64,000 bases of DNA from Myxococcota bacterium (GCA_965247115.1 CBDFGR010000001.1:160001-224000), one strand, 5' to 3'. Counted from the first letter of the stretch, positions 30,801 through 41,113 are shown. A program made the numbers and translations. The notes: generated from the sequence alone by a model not told the origin.

Positions 30801-31915
30801 GGCTCCCGAGCATCAGGTGGCCCCGACGTGGTGTGCACACCGGCATCGGTCCCATTGGCTTCGATCTGGCCGCAGATCAGCTGCACATGGTGCAGATGGA
30901 AGCCGAGCGTGAGAGTCTGCGGGTACACGCCTCGATCTCCCGTCCATACCCGGTAGATCGCGAAGCGATTCTCCGGGCGCCAGCGGACCTGAAGGCGCTC
31001 GTCGCGGGCGCCATGCGAAGCCAGCCCTTTTGCGGCAAGAAGGTCGTGACCGTCGTCCCGGGGGACCAGGTCAAGCTCATGGTGCTGAGCTACGAGCTCG
31101 GCCCGCGAGACTCGGAGCCCGAGCTGATTCTGGCCCTGGTCGAGGAGAGGATCCAGGAGTCCCTCGACGAGTGGGTGGTCGACTACCTCCCGGTCCGGCC
31201 CAGCCATGAGAAGCAGAGCGAGCTGTCCGCCCTCATTGCGATCGTACGCGAGGAGGTTGTCATCCAGTATCTCGAGCTCTTGCGCCGCGCCGGTCTCGAG
31301 GTGGAGGCGTTGGAGATCTCACCGGTGGCGATCCGACGCCTGGTTACGCGGCTCGCAGTTCGGGACCTGGAGGAGGACGTGATGATCCTCCACTTCGGTC
31401 GCGAGAAGAGCCACCTGACGGTCCTGTGGGGGCGAAGGCTGATCCTGTATCGCGAGATCGAGTTCGGCCTGGACCGAGCCATCGAGCAGGTGGCGAAGTC
31501 GCCGGATCTTCCTGTCGGGCCGGCCGCGTCTCTGCTCGCGGAGTATGGCGTGTACCCCGACGGTCCCTACGCTGGGTTGGACCGGGCGTCGGCCGAGATC
31601 GCCGAGACCGCGCTGGAGATTCTCACACCGGGCTTCGCGGCCGTGGCCGAGCAGATCGAGAACGCGCTCGTCTACACCGCGTCGCGGACGCGGGGGGCAT
31701 CGGTGGATCTGATCTATCTGGTCGGGACCGTCGCTCGCTGGCCCGGCGTCGACAGGCTGGTGAACTCGCTCTCTTCGATCCCGGTGCGGATCCTGGATCC
31801 GCTCCAGGCTGTGACTGGCAGGCAGGGTCCCTCCGCCGTGGCGCAGGGGGGAGCTGCTTCGGGGATCGCGCTCGCGACGAGTCTCGCGCTGAGGGGCTTC
31901 GGCGACGGTGAGTGA
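30797..31915 (+). CDS. PilM-like actin-fold assembly protein
   Basis: IGFDL N-terminus; position before PilN/PilO. Confidence 0.85.
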   Translation: MRLPSIRWPRRGVHTGIGPIGFDLAADQLHMVQMEAERESLRVHASISRPYPVDREAILRAPADLKALVAGAMRSQPFCGKKVVTVVPGDQVKLMVLSYELGPRDSEPELILALVEERIQESLDEWVVDYLPVRPSHEKQSELSALIAIVREEVVIQYLELLRRAGLEVEALEISPVAIRRLVTRLAVRDLEEDVMILHFGREKSHLTVLWGRRLILYREIEFGLDRAIEQVAKSPDLPVGPAASLLAEYGVYPDGPYAGLDRASAEIAETALEILTPGFAAVAEQIENALVYTASRTRGASVDLIYLVGTVARWPGVDRLVNSLSSIPVRILDPLQAVTGRQGPSAVAQGGAASGIALATSLALRGFGDGE

Positions 31916-32558
31916 GATCGACCTGATCCCCGGGCATTACCGGCGGGTACAGCAACTTCGCCGCACGTTTTACAGGCTCGCGGCCGTCGCGGTCGTGGGC
32001 ATCGTGCTGGTGAGCGCAGCAAAGGTCGGGCTCGTGCAAGGCATTCGCAAGAAGGAGAGCGAGCTCACCCGGCTCAAGACCGTGAGAACGGGGCTGCTGA
32101 GCCAGATGGCGCGCGTCAAGGACCTCGAGGCCGAACGAGGCCGCATCGATCAACAGCTCTCGATCCTCTCCGAGCTACGGGGGGGGATTTCCGCGAAGCA
32201 TACGCTTCTCGCCGTGGATCGTGCGCTCAATGCCCAGGTCTGGTTTCTGAGCTGGACGTTCCACCGCGCGGGGCAGCTGGTCGAGGAGGCAACAGAGGCG
32301 CGGAACACCGGCTACTTCATCGTTGTTCCTCCTGAGGGCAGCGACGAGACAGAAAAGACCTGGCGTCTCGACACGCATATGGAGATCCGCGCCCAGGCCG
32401 CAAGCCACTCGGCGCTCGCGCGCTTTGTGAGGGAGCTGGTCGAGCAACCCGAAGTCGAGGACGTGAGGATCGTGAGCACGCGCGTGCACGGACAGACTGC
32501 GGCTCAGGTTGTGAGCTTCGAGCTCGCGGTCGTCGTCAAGGGCCGGGGTAGCGGGTGA
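31908..32558 (+). CDS. PilN-like protein
   Basis: EIDLIP motif, TM, coiled coil. Confidence 0.85.
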   Translation: MSEIDLIPGHYRRVQQLRRTFYRLAAVAVVGIVLVSAAKVGLVQGIRKKESELTRLKTVRTGLLSQMARVKDLEAERGRIDQQLSILSELRGGISAKHTLLAVDRALNAQVWFLSWTFHRAGQLVEEATEARNTGYFIVVPPEGSDETEKTWRLDTHMEIRAQAASHSALARFVRELVEQPEVEDVRIVSTRVHGQTAAQVVSFELAVVVKGRGSG

Positions 32559-33124
32559 TGTTGGATCGACTCGCGAGACAGCTGCGGCCAGAGGCGGTGA
32601 GCCTGACAGCGCTCGGGCTGCTCATGCTGGGGATTGCGGCAGCGTACCTCTACGTCCTCAAGCAGCCGCTCTCGGAGTATCGAGGACTTCTGCGTCACCA
32701 GGCCGGCGCCAGTGTCGGTCTGCGCACGGGACGCGAAGAGCCCGCTGCGGTGGCACTCGCCGGTCTCCGACAGGAGGTGGAAGAGCTCCAGCAGCGACTC
32801 TACGGCGGACCGTCGAGCGTGCCGTTGAGGGAGATGGAGTCGTACGTCATCCAGACGCTCGACCGGATCTCTGTGCGGCACGGCGTCGAGCTTGTCGGCG
32901 TGAGGCCGCTGGCGATCGGAGAAGTCTTGATGTTCGATGAGCTGCCCTACGACGTGGAGGTCACGGGCAGCTACATGCGTCTCTGGGACTGGTTGCAGGA
33001 CATGGAGGCCGAGCTGCGCCCGATGGTGGTGAACTCCTATGAGCTCGAGCGCAGGAGCGATGCAACGCCGGTTGGCATGAAGCTGCGCCTGGTCGCGTAC
33101 CGGGCTCGTGAGCAACGAGAATGA
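32555..33124 (+). CDS. PilO-like protein
   Basis: TM, coiled coil, ELPYDVEVTGSY. Confidence 0.85.
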   Translation: MMLDRLARQLRPEAVSLTALGLLMLGIAAAYLYVLKQPLSEYRGLLRHQAGASVGLRTGREEPAAVALAGLRQEVEELQQRLYGGPSSVPLREMESYVIQTLDRISVRHGVELVGVRPLAIGEVLMFDELPYDVEVTGSYMRLWDWLQDMEAELRPMVVNSYELERRSDATPVGMKLRLVAYRAREQRE

Positions 33125-33483
33125 GGACGTTCCGGCTCGCGCTCGCGCTTGTCTGCCTCGCTGTCAGTGCGGCGACCGAGTCCTTCGGCAACGGAGAGCG
33201 CGGACCGAGCCCCCGCTTCGACCCGTTCGACCGACCCTCGCTGACTGGAGACGTGTCCTCCCGGCGCAGCAACCTGGCCTCGGCGAGCTGGAGTCCCTGG
33301 CTAAAGGCGACCCTGGTGGCCGGAGAGAGCTCGCTTGCGAACCTCGGCGGCGTGGTGCTGAAGCTGGGAGACGAGACTCACGGCTACCGCCTGCTCGAGG
33401 TTCGGGAGTGGACGGCCGCCTTCTCAAAGGACGGCGAGCGCGTCGTATTCGCCGTGGTGCCGCCGTTCGAGCCTGAGCCATGA
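33121..33483 (+). CDS. PilP/MshK-like protein
   Basis: Signal peptide, DPF motif, LKATLVAG; position before the secretin. Confidence 0.7.
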   Translation: MRTFRLALALVCLAVSAATESFGNGERGPSPRFDPFDRPSLTGDVSSRRSNLASASWSPWLKATLVAGESSLANLGGVVLKLGDETHGYRLLEVREWTAAFSKDGERVVFAVVPPFEPEP

Positions 33484-34835
33484 TGCGCTGCAGCTCGCGT
33501 GTGCTCGGCTGGATCCTGCTCGCGGCGTGCTGTGCGCCCCAGTCATGGGCTGCGTCCCCTGTCGAGATCTCCGGAGGAGGGGGTCGTCCCATCTCCATCA
33601 TTGCCCGCGACACCGCCATCGCCGAGGTGTACGAGATGCTCTCGCGCAAGGAACAGGTGAGCGTTTTGATCGGAAAGGGCGTAGCGGGCTCGATCTCGGT
33701 AACACTGTTCAACGTCAGCCTGGATCAGGCCATGCGCTCCATTGCCGAGGCTGCGGGCTACGTTGCGGAGCGCAGGAGGCTTTCCTGGATGATCATGACG
33801 CGTGAGGAGGCGGGTCAGGACTCGGCCAACGGGAACACCATCGTCCGCACGTTGAAAGTGGAATACTCGGATCCGCAGGCGATCTCGGACATCCTTGCCA
33901 AGCACCAATCGCGCTACGGGGAGATCACGGTATTTCCCGACCGCCGCATGCTCGTCGTCGAGGACCTGCCCGACTTCGTGCTCCGCATGGAGCGCATGGT
34001 GGCCGAGATCGATCGCGAGCCGGAGCAGATCCTGATCGAGGCGAAGATCCTCGAGATCACGCTCGACGAGAACGACCTGTACGGAGTCGACTGGGCGCAG
34101 CTCGTCACCCACGATGATGGCTCAGGCACCTTCGGAGTTCGGGGCCAGACCTCGACAGGGACGTCCGGCTTCTTCCTGGAGGTGATCTCGCCGAGCTTCG
34201 AGGGCGCTCTCAACGCGCTCGCCGAGAAGGGTCGGGTGCGAACGCTCTCGACTCCGAGTCTGCTCGCGCTGGAGCACGAGGAGGCGGAGGTCTTGATCGC
34301 GGACAGGCTCGGGTTCCGCGTGACCACGACGATCAACGAGGTCACGACAGAGAGCGTCGAGTTCCTGGAGTCCGGCGTCATTCTCCGCTTCCGAGCCTCG
34401 GTCGATCAGCTGGGCCGGATTCGGCTCGACATCCACCCCGAGGTCAGCACGGGGACGATCAGCGACGGTCTTCCGAATCAGAGGACGGCGGAGGTGACGA
34501 CGACGCTCCTGGTCGCCGACGGCGAGAAGATCTTCATCGGCGGGCTGCTCAAGGATACCGTGACGCAGAGTCGATCCGGTGTGCCGTTCTTGATGGACCT
34601 GCCGCTGCTCGGCCTTCTGTTCTCGAAGCGCGAAGAGGTCAGCGTCACCACGGAGACCGTCGTGGTGGTGACGGCCTACGTCGCGGGACGCGATCGGCAG
34701 CGAGTTTCCGCGGAGAAGACCGGGGCGCTGCAGCCAATCGAGGAGGAGCTCCTGGAGGAACGCAAGGAGAAGGAGCAGAACTTCTCGCCTCCCCCGTCGC
34801 CGCCGCCCGCGAGTCCGGAGCCCCTCCCGAACTGA
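33480..34835 (+). CDS. Secretin (GspD/MshL/PilQ family, short form)
   Basis: QILIEAKILE, IFIGGLL, GVPFLMDLPLLG. Confidence 0.93.
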   Translation: MMRCSSRVLGWILLAACCAPQSWAASPVEISGGGGRPISIIARDTAIAEVYEMLSRKEQVSVLIGKGVAGSISVTLFNVSLDQAMRSIAEAAGYVAERRRLSWMIMTREEAGQDSANGNTIVRTLKVEYSDPQAISDILAKHQSRYGEITVFPDRRMLVVEDLPDFVLRMERMVAEIDREPEQILIEAKILEITLDENDLYGVDWAQLVTHDDGSGTFGVRGQTSTGTSGFFLEVISPSFEGALNALAEKGRVRTLSTPSLLALEHEEAEVLIADRLGFRVTTTINEVTTESVEFLESGVILRFRASVDQLGRIRLDIHPEVSTGTISDGLPNQRTAEVTTTLLVADGEKIFIGGLLKDTVTQSRSGVPFLMDLPLLGLLFSKREEVSVTTETVVVVTAYVAGRDRQRVSAEKTGALQPIEEELLEERKEKEQNFSPPPSPPPASPEPLPN

Positions 34836-34849
34836 GCCGCGCCCTCTTC

Positions 34850-35479
34850 CTAATGTCCGGCGAAGGAGCGGTGTAGCGGATTCTCCAGTCCGGGTCTTCG
34901 CTCCTCGGCGACGCACGCCACGACCCTGACCGCGGCTCCCTCCGCCGCGCGCAGGGAGTGCTCCAGCCTGGAGTCGAAGTAGATCGAGTCTCCCGGGGCC
35001 AGCCGATGGACGTCCCCACCGATGGCGACATCGAGCTGCCCGCTCAGCACGAACAGGAACTCCTCGCCATCGTGAACGGAGGTGGGCGCCTGGCGGGAAT
35101 CGTCCGGTGGGATCTCGACGAGAAAGGGAGCCATCAGCTTGTCGGTCAGGCTGTAGGAGAGGGCCTGATAGCGGTAGTTCAGTGTCCGGGCCGCCTCGCT
35201 CTGCGGCTGTACGGTCCAGCGATCCGCGGAGCGCACCACCTCGACGCGCCGCTCCGGAATGGAGCGCTGGAAGAAGTGACCCAGGCTCACATCCAGAGTC
35301 GAAGCGATCTTCGAGAGCTCCCCGATCGCGGGCACGGCCCGGCTCTCCTCGAACGCCCCGAGCTGCTCCTCGGAAAGACCGGACCCCTGCGCCAGCTGCG
35401 AGAGCGCGAGGCCTCGATCTTCGCGAATCCTCCGCAGCTTCTGACCCAGCTCGAGCTCGAGTAGATCCCCGTCTGTCAT
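34850..35479 (-). CDS. XRE-family HTH-cupin regulator
   Basis: HTH N-terminus; HDGEEFLFVLSG; GDSIYFDS...H. Confidence 0.92.
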   Translation of the reverse strand: MTDGDLLELELGQKLRRIREDRGLALSQLAQGSGLSEEQLGAFEESRAVPAIGELSKIASTLDVSLGHFFQRSIPERRVEVVRSADRWTVQPQSEAARTLNYRYQALSYSLTDKLMAPFLVEIPPDDSRQAPTSVHDGEEFLFVLSGQLDVAIGGDVHRLAPGDSIYFDSRLEHSLRAAEGAAVRVVACVAEERRPGLENPLHRSFAGH

Positions 35480-36750
35480 GCCTGGCTCCTGCTGGCTGCA
35501 AACCCGGGGAAGTCGACGCCCTCCAGCTTTGCCTTCAGGTCCGCGACGAAGCGTGCGGCCTCGAGACCGTCGGTGATGCGATGATCGACGCTGATCGAGA
35601 GGTTCAGCACGCTGCGAGCCTCGAGCTCGCTGCCGCGCAACACGGGTACGGAGCGCAGCGCGCCGACGCCGAGAATGGCGACCTCGGGGTAGTTCAGGAT
35701 CGGGGTCGACATGACGCCTCCGAGCTTTCCCAGCGACGTGATGGTGAATGTACTCCCGCGCAGCTCCCCCGGTGTCAGGCGACCCTCCCGTGCCTTGCGC
35801 GCCAGGGCGTCGATCTCTTCGGCCAGCTCGGCTACCGAGAACCGGGCGGCCTCGTGGATCACCGGCACGACCAGGCCGTCGTCCGTCGCGGTCGCGATGC
35901 CGAGATGGACCACGGCTTTGAAAATCATCTCCTCGCGCTCATCGTCGATGCTTGCGTTCAGGACGGGGCTGCGCGCCAGGCTGCGCAGCGTCGCGTGCGC
36001 GATGAACGGGAGCGGGGAGCGCGGGCTGCTCTCCGCCACCCGCTCGGACGCCGCGAGCAGGTCCGTCAGATCGACCTCCTCCACGTACGTGAAGTGTGCG
36101 GCCGTGCGTCGGGCCTGGACCATCCTGCGAGCGATGGCGCGGCGCAAGCCCCGAAACGGTCGTCGCTCCCAGTCCTCGGGATCCGTCGTCGTCTCGACCG
36201 AAGCGGGACCCTGCTCGACGTCCTCGATCCGGTCGCCTCCCCGCTGGGCGCGTTCCACGTCGCGGCGCATGATGCGACCGCCCGGACCGGAGCCCTGCAC
36301 CCTGTCCAGGTCGACGTCGAGACGGCGCGCCAGGTCGCGCACTGCCGGGACGGCGTCGACGCTCTCTCTTTCCGGACGCTCGCTGGCTTTCTGCTGCGAG
36401 CGTGGCCGCTCGGGCAGGGCGGGCGGATGGGCTGACCCGCTAGCGGGTGCTGCCGCTGTCTCCACCGGCTTCGCGGAGCTCGTCGGAGTCGGCACTGCGA
36501 CCCCGTGACCGGATCCGTCCTCGTCGATCTCGATCAGGACTGCCCCGACGGGTGCGATCTCTCCGACCTGGAAGCAGATCCGCTGGACGCGGCCCGAGTA
36601 CGGGGAGGGGATCTCGATCTCGGCCTTGTCGGTCAGGAGCTCGACCAGGATCTGATCGTCCTTGACGAGCTCGCCCTCCTGCACCTTCCAGTCCAGAATC
36701 TCCGCCTCGACGACACCCTCTCCTATGTCCGGCAGTTCGAAGCGAACCAT
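35476..36750 (-). CDS. 2-oxoacid dehydrogenase E2 (dihydrolipoamide acyltransferase)
   Basis: Lipoyl domain TDKA, GSGPGGRI, DHRITDG. Confidence 0.95.
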   Translation of the reverse strand: MVRFELPDIGEGVVEAEILDWKVQEGELVKDDQILVELLTDKAEIEIPSPYSGRVQRICFQVGEIAPVGAVLIEIDEDGSGHGVAVPTPTSSAKPVETAAAPASGSAHPPALPERPRSQQKASERPERESVDAVPAVRDLARRLDVDLDRVQGSGPGGRIMRRDVERAQRGGDRIEDVEQGPASVETTTDPEDWERRPFRGLRRAIARRMVQARRTAAHFTYVEEVDLTDLLAASERVAESSPRSPLPFIAHATLRSLARSPVLNASIDDEREEMIFKAVVHLGIATATDDGLVVPVIHEAARFSVAELAEEIDALARKAREGRLTPGELRGSTFTITSLGKLGGVMSTPILNYPEVAILGVGALRSVPVLRGSELEARSVLNLSISVDHRITDGLEAARFVADLKAKLEGVDFPGFAASRSQA

Positions 36751-36752
36751 GG

Positions 36753-37736
36753 CTAGTACTCGATGACCTCCCTGAGTTCGAAGAGGATCCGGTCTGCATT
36801 GGGGAGGTAGTGATCCTCGAGCGTGTAGGGGAACGGAGTGTCGAGCCCGGTCACGCGGCGAAGTGGTGCCTCGAGCCGAGTGAACGCGCGCTCCTGCACG
36901 GCCGCGAGCAGCTCTGCCCCGAAGCCGCAGGTGCTAGGAGCCTCGTGGGCGACGAGCAGGCGGCCGGTCTTCTCCACGGATCGCAGCACCGTCTCGATGT
37001 CGTAGGGGGCCACGCTTACCAGGTCGATCAGCTCTACGTCGTAGCCCTCACCCTCGGCACGCATCGCCGCATCCTGCGCTACGGGGAGCATGGCACCGTA
37101 CGCGACGAGCGTCGCATCGACGCCCGGACGCACGACTTCCGCGCGATCCAGCGGCAGCGTGTAGTACTCGGTCGGCACGTCACCGCGACTAGCGCGGTAG
37201 ATGCGCTTGGGCTCGAGGAAGATCACGGGGTCCGGACACTCCAGCGCGGCGAGCAGCAGACCCTTGGCCTGTCTGGCTCCGGACGGAATCACGACTCGCA
37301 GGCCAGGCGTGTGCGCGAAGTACGCCTCCGGGCTCTGCGAGTGGTAGAGCCCCCCGCGGATGCCTCCGCCGTAGGGGGCGCGAATCACGACCTTTGGCGT
37401 GTACTGCCCGCCGGAGCGATAGCGGTACTTGGCGAGCTCGTTCACGATCTGGTCGAACGCCGGAAAGATGAAGTCGACGAACTGGATCTCCACGACGGGC
37501 CGGAGGCCCGCCAGCGCCATGCCAACAGCCATTCCGACGATGCCGGCCTCGGCGAGCGGCGTGTCGAAGACGCGCTCCGAGCCATACTTCTCCTGCAGGC
37601 CCGAGGTCACGCGGAAGACGCCGCCGAACAGACCCACGTCCTCGCCGAGCACGACTGCCGACTTCTCTCGCTCCAGATACAGGTCGAGAGCGTCGTTCAA
37701 GGCCTGGATCAGGTTCTGCTGCTTGGTCTCGGCCAT
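36753..37736 (-). CDS. 2-oxoacid dehydrogenase E1 beta (branched-chain type likely)
   Basis: GEDVGLFGGVFR, DTPLAE, HSQSPE. Confidence 0.95.
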   Translation of the reverse strand: MAETKQQNLIQALNDALDLYLEREKSAVVLGEDVGLFGGVFRVTSGLQEKYGSERVFDTPLAEAGIVGMAVGMALAGLRPVVEIQFVDFIFPAFDQIVNELAKYRYRSGGQYTPKVVIRAPYGGGIRGGLYHSQSPEAYFAHTPGLRVVIPSGARQAKGLLLAALECPDPVIFLEPKRIYRASRGDVPTEYYTLPLDRAEVVRPGVDATLVAYGAMLPVAQDAAMRAEGEGYDVELIDLVSVAPYDIETVLRSVEKTGRLLVAHEAPSTCGFGAELLAAVQERAFTRLEAPLRRVTGLDTPFPYTLEDHYLPNADRILFELREVIEY

Positions 37737-37745
37737 GTGAGATCT

Positions 37746-38849
37746 CTAGGGAACGTCGTGCGTCTCACCGGTCTGCGCGTTCCAGAAGCGCAGGTAGGCG
37801 GCGCGCTGCTCCTCGAGCTGTGGCGTGAGCTCCTCGGTCACTCCTTCGAATAGCGACTCCAGCGGTGGGGGCGGCCACGGCTCACACTCCTTGATGAGCG
37901 CGGTGATGCGCTCCTCCCACCTGGCGGTCGCCTCCTGTCCGCGCGAGCTGTCCCAGATGCCCCGCCACTGCGCGTGGCGCTGCAGGCGCAGCTCGGGATC
38001 GAGCTGCTGCCAGCGCTCGGCCTCCTCCTCCGAGCGGTAGGCCGATGGGTCGTCGGCCGTCGAGTGGGCGCCGATCCTGTACGTCTGCGCCTCGATCAGG
38101 CTAGGGCCTGCGCCCGAGCGCGCGCGTCCCACCGCCTGACCGATCGCGTGGATCACGGCAAGAAAGTCGTTGCCGTCCACCTGGATTCCGGGAACGCCGT
38201 AGCCCTCGCCGCGTACCGCGAGACTGCGCGCCGCCGTCTGAACCGACTCGGGAGTGGAGATGGCGTAGCCGTTGTTCCGGATCACGAAGACTGCGGGAGC
38301 GTTGAACACACCGCTGAAGTTCACTGCAGTGTGGAAGTCCCCTTCTGACGCCGTCCCCTCGCCGAGGAAGGCCAGGGCTACCTGACCGGTTCTCTTGATG
38401 CGCGCCGCGTAGGCGTAGCCGCAGGCGTGCGGAAGCTGCGTACCGACCGGGCTGCTCACCGACGGGATGCTCCACTCGCGGAAACAGAAGTGGATCGGCA
38501 TCTGGCGGCCCTGGCACAGGTCCCGGCTGTTTCCGATCAGCTGGTTCATCAACAACGGCAGGGGGACGCCGCGCCAGAGCAGCGAGCCGAGCTCCCGATA
38601 GCTGAGAAAGATTGGATCGTCCTGGCGCAGACAGTAGGCGGCCCCGATCGTAGTGGCCTCTTCACCGGTGCTCGTCATGTAGAAGCCGAGACGACCCTGG
38701 CGCTGGAGCATGAGGAAACGCCGGTCCATGACTCGGTTCAGCGCAAGCGTATCCAGGATCCGAAGGAGATCGCCGTCGTCGATCAGCTCGCGGTACTCTT
38801 CAGGGCAGCTCCCGTCCTCGTTGAGAATGGCAAAGGGCACGTCCGACAC
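37746..38849 (-). CDS. 2-oxoacid dehydrogenase E1 alpha (branched-chain type likely)
   Basis: QRQGRLGFY, TPP motif GEGTASEGDFH...NN, HSTADD. Confidence 0.95.
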   Translation of the reverse strand: MSDVPFAILNEDGSCPEEYRELIDDGDLLRILDTLALNRVMDRRFLMLQRQGRLGFYMTSTGEEATTIGAAYCLRQDDPIFLSYRELGSLLWRGVPLPLLMNQLIGNSRDLCQGRQMPIHFCFREWSIPSVSSPVGTQLPHACGYAYAARIKRTGQVALAFLGEGTASEGDFHTAVNFSGVFNAPAVFVIRNNGYAISTPESVQTAARSLAVRGEGYGVPGIQVDGNDFLAVIHAIGQAVGRARSGAGPSLIEAQTYRIGAHSTADDPSAYRSEEEAERWQQLDPELRLQRHAQWRGIWDSSRGQEATARWEERITALIKECEPWPPPPLESLFEGVTEELTPQLEEQRAAYLRFWNAQTGETHDVP

Positions 38850-38864
38850 GCTTCGCCGAGCCTC

Positions 38865-39302
38865 CTACGCGCTCTCTCTGATCTCTGTCTCGAGCTCGAC
38901 CGGAGTCACGAGCGAGTTGGAGACCAGACAGAGCTTCTCGGCTCGCTCGAGCAGCCGTTGGGCGCGGTCGCGTTTCTGGCCTGGGTCGAGCTCGAGCTCG
39001 GCGTGCAGGCGGATCTCCGTGAAGCGCATGCCGCCCTCCGCTCGATCGAGAATCCCCTCCGCCGCGCAGCGAAGGCTCGTCCATTCGAGCGACGAGTTTG
39101 TGGCAAGCGTGCGGAACGACAGCACGAAGCAGTCTGCGACAGCGGCAAGCAGCAGCGACTCCGGCGACCATAGGTCACCGGGACCGTCGAACTCGGCCGG
39201 TGGCGCGCTCTCGAGAGAGGGCAGCCCCTGTGCCGAGAGAACGACGTTACCGTCCGAGCGCCCCATCGCCTCGAGCCGGTATCGGTGAGGTAGGTCCTGC
39301 AT
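38865..39302 (-). CDS. OsmC/Ohr-family protein
   Basis: WSPESLLLAAVADCF and AEKLCLVSNSL, both Cys present. Confidence 0.9.
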   Translation of the reverse strand: MQDLPHRYRLEAMGRSDGNVVLSAQGLPSLESAPPAEFDGPGDLWSPESLLLAAVADCFVLSFRTLATNSSLEWTSLRCAAEGILDRAEGGMRFTEIRLHAELELDPGQKRDRAQRLLERAEKLCLVSNSLVTPVELETEIRESA

Positions 39303-39622
39303 GTCGTTTGGCGTGCGAGGGAGGGTACGGAATCCAACCAGCGACGTCACGAGCCCCGCACTACAGCGATCCGACCCCCACCCCCCCGACGGTTGACACC
39401 GAACGGAGTACGCAAAGCAAGACAGGTGACATCCACGTGTCCTACCGCTGCAGACGCGCGAAAGCGGCGCGCGGGTCCTTAGTCTGAACTTATTCCGCGT
39501 GAGACGACCTCAGCGACGCGTATACGAACGAAAGTGCCCAAGAGTCCCACCTCGGTGACCAGAAGTTCCGACTTCGGCCAAGGAAGTTAAGATTAAGGAC
39601 CGTCCCCAAGTTGAGATTCCCG

Positions 39623-39739
39623 CCTGTGGGACTTGGCAGCCATGCAAGCGCCGCGGAACGCGGTGCGCGCAGCGAAGGCCGTAGGCCTGAGGGGAGATGG
39701 GTGGGCCGCGGACGCCCGCGGCCCGGGTCCCAAAAGACC
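39623..39739 (-). repeat. Structured dispersed repeat, copy 3
   Basis: Reverse complement closely matches 10539-10652. Confidence 0.85.
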
Positions 39740-39810
39740 TGCAACGGATGGCCTAACTCCGGGTCACGGCTCGAGGCTGGCTCTCCTGGCGCGACTTTCT
39801 GCCTCGAGAT

Positions 39811-39837
39811 TGAATAGCCAGGTCCGACGGCCGATAA
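39811..39837 (+). promoter_or_regulatory. Sigma28 (FliA)-type promoter
   Basis: TGAA-N15-GCCGATAA with a perfect -10, upstream of fapA. Confidence 0.6.
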
Positions 39838-39868
39838 GAGGTACAGAGGGGGAATCTCAACGGAGCGG

Positions 39869-41113
39869 ATGGCGTCCGAACGCATCACGATCGATATCAT
39901 GCCCGGCGAGGTCGAGGCGCAGGCTGAAGTTCTGCCCGGCCCGCCCACTGATCGCAGCGCTCTGGACGAGGCACTGCGCGACGAGGGCGTGGTGTTCGGC
40001 ATCGACGAGGAGGCCTGCGCGCAGCTCGGCGTCTGCCTGCAGGACCCGGACTTTGCGATCCAGGAGCTGGTCCTGGCCCAGGGCACGGCGCCCGTCTCTG
40101 GGGCTGACGGCGTGCTCGAGCTCAAGTTCAACATCAACGTGCTGGCGGGCCGGCTGCGCGAGGATGGGACCCTCGACTTTCGCGACCGCGGCCTCCTGGT
40201 GCCCTTGGAGGCCGGCGATCTGCTTGGCGTCTACACTCCGCCAGGCGAGTCACATACGGGCCGCAGCGTGGAGGGTCGCGAGCTGCCGGCCGACACACCG
40301 CGCGATCCGTTGCCCTGCCTGGGCGAGGGCGTGGAGCTCGACAGTGAGTCAGGCGAGATCCGCGCGACTGTGGCCGGCATCGTCTCCTACCCCGAGGGCG
40401 CGACGCTCTCGGTCACGTCCAGCTTCCAGCACAACCGCGACGTGGACCTCAAGTCCGGCGATCTCCAGATGGAGGGGGCGCTTCAGATCACGGGCGATGT
40501 GGCGCGCAACGCTTCCGCCTCGGCGACGGGAGACGTGGTCGTCAACGGGATGGTCGATGGCGGGACCGTTCGGGCCAACGGGAGCGTAACGATCGGCGGC
40601 GGCGTGATCGGCTCGGAGGGGACCTTTGTCGTGGCAGGCGGCGACCTGGCTTGCAACCACGCGGACGGTGCAGATCTGCGCAGCGGGGGGACCCTCTCGA
40701 TCGCCTCGAACGCCATCAAGACGCGGGTCACCGCGCGGAAGATTGTCATCGGCGCGAACCAGGGCTCCGTCGTGGGCGGCGAGCTGCGAGCGGCCGAGAC
40801 CATCGTCCTGGGCAACGTCGGCTCGAAGCTGAGCACGCGCACGGTCATCGCCATCGGGCCGATCCAGGACCACAGCTCTCCCCTCGAGGATGGGGTGAAA
40901 TCCCTCAGCACGGCCGGGCGCATCCGCGTGATCGGCACCTACGCGGACCTGCTCCCGGACGCCAGGATCGACATCACGGGGGTGGCTCATCCCGGGGTGG
41001 TGATCAAGCTCGGGCCCCACGAGCTCCAGCTCCAGGAGGACGTGCGCAGCGTCCGCTTCGTGCACGACCCGAATCTGGACCCCGCGATCCGCATGGACAA
41101 GCTCAGGAGCTAG
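39869..41113 (+). CDS. FapA/DUF342 family protein
   Basis: GVVFGIDE, LAQGTAPVSGADG, DFRDRG, beta-helix repeats. Confidence 0.88.
   Translation: MASERITIDIMPGEVEAQAEVLPGPPTDRSALDEALRDEGVVFGIDEEACAQLGVCLQDPDFAIQELVLAQGTAPVSGADGVLELKFNINVLAGRLREDGTLDFRDRGLLVPLEAGDLLGVYTPPGESHTGRSVEGRELPADTPRDPLPCLGEGVELDSESGEIRATVAGIVSYPEGATLSVTSSFQHNRDVDLKSGDLQMEGALQITGDVARNASASATGDVVVNGMVDGGTVRANGSVTIGGGVIGSEGTFVVAGGDLACNHADGADLRSGGTLSIASNAIKTRVTARKIVIGANQGSVVGGELRAAETIVLGNVGSKLSTRTVIAIGPIQDHSSPLEDGVKSLSTAGRIRVIGTYADLLPDARIDITGVAHPGVVIKLGPHELQLQEDVRSVRFVHDPNLDPAIRMDKLRS

Noticed and set aside
39360..39620. Possible ncRNA or transposase remnant beside repeat copy 3
   Set aside because: Only a TTGACA and small hairpins; no recognisable family or ORF
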